Positions 39,244 to 51,200 of a stretch of 64,000 nucleotides of DNA are shown piece by piece. The number at the start of each line of letters is the position of its first letter. Position 1 is the stretch's first letter. A program made the position numbers and the translations under genes. This DNA is from Candidatus Omnitrophota bacterium (GTDB lineage Bacteria > Omnitrophota > Gorgyraeia > 2-01-FULL-45-10). The notes below the pieces were generated by a model. The model saw only the letters and a program-made list of their open reading frames with translations. It did no database searches and was not told the origin of the DNA. Where the stretch lies: contig JAGVGJ010000010.1 in NCBI GenBank assembly GCA_020057115.1, positions 615 through 64,614 on the forward strand. The letters run 5' to 3'.

Positions 39244-42200
39244 TTGAAGACAAATAGACAAATAAAAAAATTCCCATTATTCATCAGGATCATTGCGACT
39301 ATATTACTGGTCACTTTTTTAGTCCAGGATATAGCGTGGGCGCATCCTGACCCATTTACAAAAGATCCTTCCCGTCATGCAACACTTGCTCCGGAGCCGA
39401 TGTTTGACCATCCGGAAGACAAAGTTACGGCAATTTCAACATTACTCCAATCAAAGATAGAAAGTCACGGCGTCTTTAAGGGTAATGTATCGCTTACTGC
39501 CGTTGAACACATACTGGATCTTGAGGATATCTCCAAATGGTGTGACGAAAACAAGATCGCTATTTCCACGGAGCACACGTTCACGGGCAAACCTACGGAG
39601 ATACGCCTGGTGATGCCGCACGGCCGCGTGCTGCGTTATTATGACCCAAATATAAAGACACACGAGAATAAGGATACGGCTGCTCGCGGTACGGTAGTTC
39701 GCATTAATGCCAATTTATCTAAGCAGGCCATCGAATCAAATGATTTTTACAAGAAAAACTCGCAGGTCGGCACAACCTCAACGCATGTTGATCTTCAGGC
39801 GGCGATACGAAAAGAAAAGTCATCCGCTCACATCTCTCCGTTCCAGAAAGTCCACCCATCTCTGTACGAGCGCATATCCAACTACGGATTGATCGCCGTT
39901 TCGGCAGGGCTTATCCTTGCGTATTGGCTCATAGATACGATAGCGTATATGTATGTATTCTCAGATTCAGACGTCCTCTCCGCCCTTATGCCAAGCGACC
40001 CGTACAGGTATTTTACACGCGCGGTAACCGCATGCATGATCTTTCTTTTTGGTTCGGTTATTCAATTTTTCGTGAACAGGAACAAGAAGAGGTCCATAGC
40101 GCTGTCGGAGAGAAACCATATGTTCTTCCAGGTATTTATGGATATGGGCGTGGCTGCGCACAGGCTGGACATTTCCGGTAATATACTGGATGTAAATACC
40201 AAGTGGTGCGAGTGGATGGGGTATAAGCGCGAAGAGGTCATAGATCGACCCATATTTGATTTTATAGACCCTGAGCATAGGGGCAATGCAAGGGACCGTC
40301 TACTTGGCAGGATAAGGGGATTTACTGAGGTCGAGATACCGCAGAGGACAGGCGACAGGAGATATATAAGGAAGGATGGCACGGCGATACTTTCCGACAC
40401 ATTCCATACGATATTAAAAGACAGGTTCGGCCGTCCGATAGAGATATTGACCCAATTCAGGGACATCACGGAACAGCGCAGTATGGAAAAGGAGCTTGAG
40501 AAGAGCTTGAAGGAGCTGAAGCTTGTGAGCGATACAGATAAGCTGACAGGCGCGTATAGCAGGAACTTCTGGGACAGGCAATTCAATGCCATACTTGAGG
40601 CATTCAGCCGTACGAAGATACCGATATCCGCGATAATGTGCGATCTGGACGATTTTAAAATCGTGAATGACACGCATGGTCATGCAACCGGAGATGAAGT
40701 TTTGAAAGAATACGCCAGGGTCATGCTAGCAGACCGCAGGAAGACAGACTTTGTCATACGAGCCGGCGACAAGGGAGACGAGTTCATAATAATCCTTTTC
40801 AATACAGATGCCAAGGGCGCGTCTATAGCGGCTAATCGTATTCTTGAAAATCTAGCCACGGATCATAATGTGTTAAGTCCTGACGGAAAGCCCATATCCA
40901 TAAGGGCGAGCATGGGGGTCGCCCAGTTCCGCGAAGGCCAGACGAAGGAAGATCTTGTAAAGGCGGCGGATGAGGCCCTTTATATTGCTAAACAGTCCGG
41001 AAAGAGCAAGGTAGTAGTGACGGCGCCTTCTTCCGCGCTTAGCGAAGGGGATGCTTCGCCTGAGAGCAAGATGGCCTTCAAGCGCGTAGTTGAGAATATA
41101 AGGACAAAGCCGCGCAAATATTCCGATATCACCATAAGCGAAAAGTTTATATCCAACATGGCAGAGATAAGAAACAGGCTCCGCAAACTTGGCATCGAGG
41201 ATATCCTTGGAGACTTAAGAGATCTGCGCGTTCTGACGACAGATGCGGTGGTCTTGGGGCACGGAGATTTTTCTGTAGGTTTTTATTCAAAGGCTGAGGA
41301 CGATAAAAATAATCTTATCTCCGTGCTCGGTGAAGACGGGTTCAATAAACTCTTCCCAAGGCCTACGCTCGTCCTGCCCAGGGAGATGTTCGATGAATAC
41401 GACGAGCTTATACAGCAGGATTACATACTCCACAGGATAATATGCCATTCCAAGGGGCATCATACTTCCATGTTCATACAGCAGGCGGTCTATCCCGAGA
41501 ATTACAATTATGGGGCGTATGAAGAGGAGGCCGGCAAAAAATATATGCCTGGCTGTAAGGGCGACCCCTCCAAGCCGTTTAAAGGGCGGACCGGAGAGGC
41601 TATACAAAATATCATAAACGCCATCACAAAAGACCCTATCACCACGGTAATTATGCATGACCTGAAGAACAAGATACAGGGAGGATATGTCCTCGACCTG
41701 GTATTGAATAAATACAAAAAAGATGGTTCGGCGTTATCCGAGGACCTGCTAATGCTGAAGAAATACAGAGATATGATGGGATCTATGGGCAAGACGACGC
41801 TATCATTCTATGCAAATGGCGCCAATGAGACCGAGGCCATCACGGCGCTCAGCGATATGCTCCCAGAGCTTAAGAAGATGACGACTGCCATCAAGTTAAA
41901 GCTTCGATACGGGGCATTCGACTATGACATGGAAGATAAAGAAAAAATAGCGATAGTCATAAAGAACAGCGAAGAAGGGGTTGTCCCCGGCATCAATACA
42001 GCCATCAATATGCTCGGCCGCTCTCCGGAAGAGATCGACGTAGGGAGATTCATAGAAGATATAATTTCCAGGGCAAAATCGATCTTTATAATACCGGAAA
42101 ACACGAGAGTGGATCTGTCCATACCAAGCGAAGTAAGGCGTCTCAGCGGTATCCTTACATACAAGCTTATACTAAAGCTGACGCTTGAAGAGCTTTTAAA

Positions 42201-45200
42201 GAATGCCTCAGTGGACGGTCAAGCCAACAGGATAAAGGTCTCGGTCTCTGCAACAAGCGAGGGAGAGCTTAAGGTCATGGTGAGAGATTACGGCAAGGGC
42301 ATGTCCGAGGAGAGCTTAAAACGGCTCTTCATGCCCGGTAATGCCGCAGTCGAAGATAAGCGTTACGGCTCGGGTTACGGCCTGGCTGTCCTCAAAGAGG
42401 CCATAGATTCCGTTGGGGGGACCATAATTTACGACAACAAGGTCACCGATGGGCCCTCTTTTACATTCACGCTTCCTTTGGATGCCCCGCTGGACAAACT
42501 TAAGCGGCGTGCGCTGAAAGAGCCGCTCATGGTCGCCATGTGCGGGCGCCGCGGGTCAGGCAGGAGCACGGTCGGCCGCATGATCGCAGCCACTTTCGGT
42601 TTGCGCTATGTCAACTCCGGGTTCATATTAAGGGCGGTGCTGTATAAGCTTATTGAGGCGAAGAAGAGAGGCTCCCCGGTTGATCTGGGTGATCCTAAAG
42701 CTGTCGGCGCATTCGCGCAGGATTTCTTTGAAAAGAAGAGGATAGACTATTCAAAAGAGCCTGTCGGGATAGATGGCGTGGATAGCGCCAGTATCCTTGT
42801 GGATGGCTTAAGCCTGCGCGACAAGATAAAGATGCTTATATCGAATAAAGAATTCACAGACGGGCAGTCGAACGAGGAGTGGATGCACCGAGTGGCCGGC
42901 TATAAGACCGTCGACGAAGCCCTTGAAAATTTTATAAGGACGCTTGCCGTAGAGACAAAGGCATACGGCAAGTATAACGGCATAATAAGGATGGCTTCGG
43001 ACCCTGTCAAGAACGAGGATATTATCAATATAATGCTCGACGCCCCTACCTATATAAGGGCCAAGAGGTCCAATACCCCCATAGAAGAGATAGAGAAGCT
43101 TGATAGCGCTACCGGCAGAAAGAGCATGACCGGCAGGTATGCCAGGGTGGACATGATGATAGATACTGCGCACCTTACTGTGCGGCAGGCAGCCATACAG
43201 GCCATACGCTACATAGACGCAAGGGTGCTGTCGAAGGAGGCTGCCGATGGATTTATAAGCCAGGGCGACGCGGCATTTACAAGGATGGCTGAAAATATCG
43301 CATCCGGCAAGGTCGTGGATGCGACGCACGACCCGAGAATAGTGCTTGATATAGAGCGCCTGAAGAACCGCTTGGGTTTGCGTTCGATCGACGATCTCAT
43401 GGGAGCAGGATCGGCAGTGCGCATACTCGTGACCAATGATGTCGTGATAAACGAAAAAGATTTTGCGCTGGGGCTCTATTCCGAATCGCCTGCCGTCAAG
43501 GCGCGGCTTATCCAGGTAATGGGAGAGGAAAAATTTAAACTGGCTTTTCCCAGACCTACCCTGGTATTGACGACCGAGGTGCTTCTTAATAAAGATGAGA
43601 ATATAAGGCAGGAATATATCTATCATGAGGCGATATGCCATGCGAAAGGGCATTATGAGGCCATCCTCGCCCAACAGAAGGTATTCCCGAAAAATTATAC
43701 GGGCGACTGCGAGGAGGGAGCAAACGGCCTTAAGTATGTGCGGGGTTTTGCCGGAGTGAAGGATAAGCCGTTCAAAGGCCGGTTAGGGAGCGCTCTTACA
43801 GCCACGATCAAGATGGCTACCGATCCTATAATAAGAGAGGTGCTGCATGATCTTAACAGTAAGTTCAGTACCGCGGGCGGCTTTGCTTTATACTCCGTAT
43901 TAAAGCGGTATTCGGAGGAAGAGATCGAAGCAGACAAAAGGCTCAAATTGCTTAAAGAATATTGTGCCCTGACGCTGGAGCTCAGGAACGCGTGTATCGG
44001 TTATCTTAGCGGGGAAGCGACCATGTCGGATGTCATGGATATATTTAATGAGCACCTGAAGAGGTTCACGTCATTGACCAGCAGCATTACCGAAAGATTT
44101 AATAACAACGAATATAACGATACCGAGAGGTCCAAGAACGGCATGAAAGTGCTGGTCGAGTATAGCGGCGTATCCATAAACCTCATGAACAGGGCCATGA
44201 ACTGGATAGGCAGGTCTATGGACTCTGTGGATGTAGAAGGCTATCTTGCAAATATCATAGGATCATACAGGGCATCGTTAAAAGAGAGCGCCACGCACGG
44301 AAATAAGTATGTAGAGATAAATGACGCCAAGATATCTCCCGAAGCAAGGCGCCTGAAAGATATCTTCACCTATAAAGAAGTCTTGCGCATGACCATAGAG
44401 GAGCTCGTAAAGAATGCTTTAAAATACAGCGGTACGGATAGTATCGATATAGAGGCATCTCTCACCAAGGACGGCGATCTTGAGTTCAAGGTCATAGACC
44501 ATGGTAAAGGCATCCCTGCGGATACGCTGAAAAAATTATTCACCCCGGGTTTCACGGAAGCTAAAGATTCCAGGATAGGAACAGGCTACGGCCTCGTGTC
44601 TCTCAAAGATGCCATAGGATCGGTAGGGGGCTCGATAAATGTAGAGAGCAAGGTCGGCGAGGGGACCACCTTCATATTTACTCTGCCGGCTAACGGAGAG
44701 ATAGGCGCCCTTAACAGGCCCAAGCTCTATGACCCGATCATAGTAGCCGTGAGCGGCTTGAGAGGGTCGGGTAGGACGGTGGTGTCGCGCTGGATCGCTT
44801 CAAGGCTGGGCTTGAGATATATAAATCCGCGGTTCATGATGAGGGCCATGGTAGCGACGCTTCTCGAAGCCAGAAAGAATGGCCGCGCCATCGACCTGAA
44901 AGACGGGGATGCCGTAGCCGCATTCGCCGAAGAGTTCTTCGGCAAAAGGAGGCTCGACTATTCTGTTGAACCTGTAAAGCTGGACGGCGTCGATACTTCT
45001 GTTCCGGATGAGAAGGACGGTCTCTCGCTGCGCGACAAGATAAAGACAGAGATAGACGACGGCATTACCGATGGAGAACCGAATACCACCATACTTGACA
45101 ATATAGCGCACTATAAAGGGGTCCAGGCAGCGCTTGAGAAGTTCATAAAATCGATCGCAAGCGAAGTAAGGGCATCCGGCAAATATAACGGCGTCATCCG

Positions 45201-48200
45201 GCCCGGGACGGAACCCGTAAAAGATAATGAAGTCATAAATATAATGCTGGACGCTTCGTCCTATATAAGGGCCTCCAGGGCCAATAGGGGCATGGATTGG
45301 ATAGCGTCAAAGGACGAACTCACTGACAGGAAAAATATGGCCGACAAGCATCCGTATATTGACATCATAGATACTTCATACAGCACGGTCGAGGAGACAG
45401 GAGCGCGCGCGCTGGGTTATATAATGGGACATATCCCTATCACAGACGGTATGGTGAGAAAAGGCGACAAGGCGTTCCGCAGGATGGTAGGCAATGTCAT
45501 TGCCGGGAATTTCGCGGAGACAGGGCTCATGGTAGCGCCTGACCTCGAGAATGTCGCGAAGATAACAGGGGCCTCATGCATGGAAGAGCTGATAGGAAGC
45601 GATAAGCCGCTCCGCGTCCTTGTCACCAATGCCGTTGTCTTGAACCAGTCCGACTTTTCTTTCGGGTTCTATTCGCATGCTCCGCCCATAATGGCAAAGA
45701 TAATCTCTTTAGTGGGCGAGGATACCTTTAATAGCACATTCCCGGAGCCGACACTTATCCTATCGGCCGAGATACTCGCCAATCCCAGTCCTCAGATCCG
45801 CCAAGAACACATCCTTCACGAGATATTCTGCCATACTAAAGGCCATTCTCCGGCTGTCTTCGAAGAGCAGAGGCTCTTCCCCGGAAATTATAGTGCCGGT
45901 ACGTTCGAAGAGCGCGGCAGTAAAAAATATATAGCAGGCTACGCCTGGAATGAGGCGATGCCTTTTGACGGCGCGTTCGGGGATGCCCTACGCCAGGTGA
46001 TCGACAAGAAGCTTGCCACGACCACGACCGGAGAATTTGCCCGGCCCAAGGGGAAGGAACATACGAAGACCAGCGCCGCCTTTATGACGGCCGATCTGAT
46101 CGCGCAGGCCGAGAAACTTAAAACGACGAGCATGCAGGAGCAGGCATGTGCTCTTATATTGAAGGCCTTGAGCATCGTCGCGGAATCAGACCAGCCTGTG
46201 CCGTACGAAAACATAGCAAATATCAGGGCTTTTATCTGGGACGAAAGATCCAGCGGGCACGTGCCGGTGAATTTCGATGTCCTGTTGCCGGTCATCGATG
46301 AATATATGAATGACTGCAACCTGACGAAATTTCGCATAAAACTGAGCGCTTTGCGCAAGCACATAGAGTCGACATATACCAATATCTTGGCGATGTATAT
46401 CTATAAACAGCTGTCTCATCTATTTTTCAATTCGCTCCCGACCATCACGAGGTTTACCATATTGATATCTTCCAGGAAATACCCGAACGATCCGTCGCTT
46501 AAAGAGATGATAGAGCTCTCAAGCGAGATGGATCGTTCCATGCGTAACCTCGGCGATGAATCGAACAGGTTAAGGAGCGTCGATTCTCTTATGAATTTTC
46601 TTACGGTATCCGATGAATCACTTTCAAGACAAAGGGCGCTCCTAGATGCGTTCAGAGCCGAGCATCCGGAGCTGCTGCGTCTCGACAGCCGCCTCAGGGG
46701 CAACATAGAAGCTATAAACGCTGAGCTCGAGAAGCTCGCGAGAGCGCGGAGCTTGCTGGCGCTTACGCTCGGTAACAAGCCTTCGCTCGAAGAGATAGCG
46801 GAGAGGGTCGATCTTGTAGTCGCCAAGATGGAGACCGGCGTTAAGACGCCGCGCATCGCATGGGTGGGCGGTCTGGTGCCATATTCCAATACTCTCTCCA
46901 CGGTGAAGGAAGGCGAGCCGGTCAAGGTAAGCATGCGTGTATATATACCGGGCTTTACTCCTCAGGAGATAGACTCAAAAACAGGTATCAAGAAATTTGC
47001 CGAAGGCTTCATAAGGGCCGAGATATGGACGAATGCCATATCTGATCCGGAGGCCAGTTCGGTGGAGGCCTTCAAACCGATAGATATGCGTTTTGACGGC
47101 GTAGGAGGGCGGGAAGGGCATGATTACATATTTACAGGCTTTATCCCTGCAAAATATGCCAGCCAGATAGACAGTAATGGCAGGCCGAAAGAATTCCGTT
47201 TTACGGCCCGAGCCGCTATAAAGAATGAGCTCGGAGGTATAGAAGGGGAATGGGCATATTCCGATAATCCGTATAAGACGAATGTCAACTGGCATGGCGA
47301 CGGAAGGATCGTCGTTCTGTCCAGGGATCCGGAAGAGGACCGCGGCAATCTGGTTGGGAGGGTCTTCAGCGATACGAACGGCAAGGATCAGGTGACTCAT
47401 AAGATATCCGGAAGGATCGAGAAGGGCTTCCTCAACAACGACTACCTCGTCCTTTACGGCGAGGATGGAAAGGTCTTATACGCTAAGGATGGCAAAGAGG
47501 CGCGTGTTAAACTTGAAAGTCCGGCCGTTAAGACAGATCTTGGCTATATTGTATACATGCTTGAGCCAAATGACCATATTCACGGTTTCGCCAGCCGCGA
47601 TAAAGTATTTATGGCAGATTTCATGTTCTATGACAGGGTCCTTTCGTATCATGAGATGAAAGAGGCATACTATAGCGTCCATCCGGATGAGGTTCCTGAA
47701 GGCATAGAACCGCACACTTATTTAAGAGGTTGCGGCAAAGGCATTAGGAACACGGCCGCTTATGCGGTACGTTACGAAAACCTTGATAAAAATTTTACCG
47801 CCGGTCAGCTTAAAACATGGATGAAAAATTCTCTGGCGCCTGAGGATAGGGGCACAGATTCCGAGATGCGGCTCATCGAACATAACGCTTCCAAGGGCAA
47901 GAAGGGCATGGAGCTTCTGTATGGTGAGCAGGACAGGGTATTCGGCCCGAAAGCCAACATGAGGGCCACGGAAAAGATATCAGGGAAGATAAAGAACAGA
48001 AATGATTATAGCCTAAGCAGGGACAAGGTCGTCCTTGTGGTAGAGTTGATGAAATTAAGGCCCGAGGCATTCCCTAACAGCATCGATGCAACCGTCAAGA
48101 TGTTGGGCGAAGGTTTTGATGTATTCAAGAAATATGATTTCCAGGGGCATACGCCTGTTGATGCGGCGCATTATCATTCGGACTACAAGAAGTGGCATGG

Positions 48201-51200
48201 AGCCTTGCTAAAGCTTATAGAATCCGATCCGTCCGTCCCGGCGCATTTTGATAGCATCTCAATGTCCTCCTTGCTTGAAGCCTTGCGCGATCAATACGGT
48301 TATATCAATGCCAAACTCAATTGGGCATGGGCTATTGAGGGCATGTGGAAAGATACGCTTGACGGTATGGAAAAGTATCCCAGAGAGAGCCAGATGGCGA
48401 GGTTCAAGGGCTTGGGCATATTTAAGCGGCACGATGATTTCATGAAGGATTATGCGGGTTCATATTATATAGAGAATGACGATGCTGTTAATAAGGCTAT
48501 GAAAGCGGTGGAAGAGACGCTAGGTTTTATAAATTCACGGGTGCCGTCGATATTTGTTAAGGACGAAAAGCCTGATGGGTCTGCTCCGGTAGCCGCCATA
48601 AAGAAGAATGCTCCACTGGGAGAACGTGCTATCAATTTTATGAAGAGCGGCAGGGCCAGCGAGATCGCCCAGTTCGTAGCGCTCGCTTTCATAATCTCTA
48701 TCGCATTATCCTGGGTTCTTCCGGCTAATTGGCTCACATTGTCTATAGCTATCATAGTTCCTATTACGCTCTTCTTCTTGTTGCCATGGACATGGAAGAC
48801 ATTGCTTGTGAATGTCGCGATAAGCGTCGTACTCTGGTATTGGCTGCCCTTGCCATGGTTCGGGCTCTCTATGGCCATTCTTACGATCGCAAACGTCGCT
48901 AAACACAACATAAAATTAAAGCCCCATCTTAAGCCTGAGGCTGTCCCTGCGGAAAGATCGGTTTTAGAGGAGAAGAAAGCCGAAAAAATATTATCCGATA
49001 TAACCATAGATAGAGAAATATTGGCCCGCATCCTGAAAGCGATAGAAGTTTCCAAAGAAGGGACCGATAAGGCCGATGCCAATGATGCGTTAAAGAAGCT
49101 CGACGATGCCGATATCATAACGCAGCTATTCGATTTCGGTTCAGGGACAAAAGGGTATGAAAAACCCGTTAAAGAAACCAAGGAGAAGCTGCGGCTCGGC
49201 GTAAGAAGGGCGTTCGATGATATCAAGGGCGGTCTCAACATAGAGTACAAGGATATGATAGAGCGCCTCAAGAACTGGAAGAATGAGAATGATGAAGCTT
49301 TAGCCGGAGCTCTCCAGGACCTGTCCCAGGAAGTCATGGATTTTATTATAAATTCGAATCATGCGGCAGACAATAAAGTCGACAGGCTTGCCGTAAGAGA
49401 GCTTATAGCCGAAGAGTGCGGGATAGATGCCGCGAGGTCAGAAACTATAAGGCTAAGGATGGCGCTGGATGTGCAGAAGGATGACGTAGCTTCAAATGAG
49501 ATGATAGGATCCGCATCAGCGAATGACCATTTCTTCCTGGCCGCTCTCCAGCTCAAATTTGGGAATTACATCAAGGCAGAGGAGAGCTTCGGACGCGCAG
49601 TAGACCTTGACCCGACCAATGCCGATTACAGGCTTGCGCTCGGGCTCGTTGAACATATATTTAGAAAATGGATGGCTGCGCGGACAGCTTATAATGCTGC
49701 TTCGAACTTCTATGATATCGAGGCCGGTGTATCGAAAGCCGCAAAGGCCAAGAAGGAACTTGCGGAATTCCTGAGGGAGAAAGCGCGCGCCGAAGCGCCT
49801 CTCATTATGGAGAAGAAAACCAACGGCAACTTGATCGGGAAACTATTCATAGACAAAGCCGCTACCGTTCAGATCAAAGAGGGCGTTATAGCCAAAGAAG
49901 AGATGGGCATCCTTAAGTTCTTCGCCCCCAATGGAGATATCCTTTATACCAAGAGCGGCGTTCCGGCGGCAGTGAAACTGACCGGCCAGATAATAAAGAC
50001 AAAGTCAGGCCACCAAATAAAGATCGTAGAGGACAATGAACATATACGCGGGTTCGCAGATAAGGATAATGCTTATCTTGCAGACTCCTTCGCAAAGAAT
50101 CCCATCGCCAAATACCATGAATTACAAGAGTCACATTACGCCGCCCACCCTGAAGAACTTCCCAAAGGCGTCAATTCCCATACCTATATAAGAGGATGCG
50201 GCAATGATGCCAGAGAAGCTTTAAGGACATCAAGAAAGAAAGATCTCCAGGATATCACCGCAGACGACCTCATCAAATACTTGAAGAAGAGGCTGCCGAA
50301 AGAAAGGCATAATGAGAATGAGTTCAACCTCATCAGATATAACGGCGAGCAAGGTAGAAAAGGGCTTGACCTTATATATGGCCTGCAGGATAGGGAATTC
50401 GGAGTAGAGGCAAATGAGCTATTCAGCGATGCGCTTATTATATTAGAGAAGCCTGAGCCTGCCGCCCAAGCTGCGCCTAAGACACAGCTAAGGACTGCTG
50501 ACGAAGTATTGTTCCGCGACTATTTTGAGGACCTGTTCGAGAAAAATATAGAAATGTTCATGCTCCTGTCGGTAAGGATGATGGGTAGCGATGCCGAAAA
50601 GAAGAGCGTTTTAAAGCGCCGGAATGCGCTCGTGCAGGAGCTTCTCGCGCTGACCGATAAATACAGGTCGCAGGATTTCGCAAAAGAGGAATACAGGAAA
50701 GTAGTCACATTTGTAAATGAAAAGATATTAAGGACTGTCGAGTTGGTAGACGGTGACAATGAACCGGCTGCTGCCTGGTGCTTGTTCGGCGCCATAAATG
50801 TGATAAGCGATACGCGCCTTGAGATGCAGGCCAAATGGCTCTCGGGAATAAAAGAACGCCGCGCCAGGATCTGGCGAAACGGCGGCATACTCACATATCC
50901 GAGAGGCGGCTATCGCATATTGGAAGGCTCGAAGCGCACTGTTATCGACCGCACGGAAGCCACGTTCAGCTCCATGTGGGAGGTTATGCGCTCGCTGTTC
51001 CATCAGGTGGACGGAGAGCTTGAAGAGAAGCGGAAAGTGTCCGGCCTGATATATGAGATAGACGGTTTCATGCTGGAGCTTTTCGACAAGAACTATGAGC
51101 TTAATGACGATGAGCGCGCCGCTATGAGCAAAAAGATCGGCCTCCTGGCAGCTTCCATGGCAAAGGAGAAAGGCGAGCTGAAGTATGAAGATAAGCGTAT

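Noticed and set aside
42808-43674. 288-aa minus-strand ORF inside the giant gene, and similar ones at 48465-49337 and 53568-54035
   Set aside because: They are embedded antisense in a continuous 14.9-kb plus-strand frame with recognisable domains. No start-site signals. Treated as shadow ORFs.
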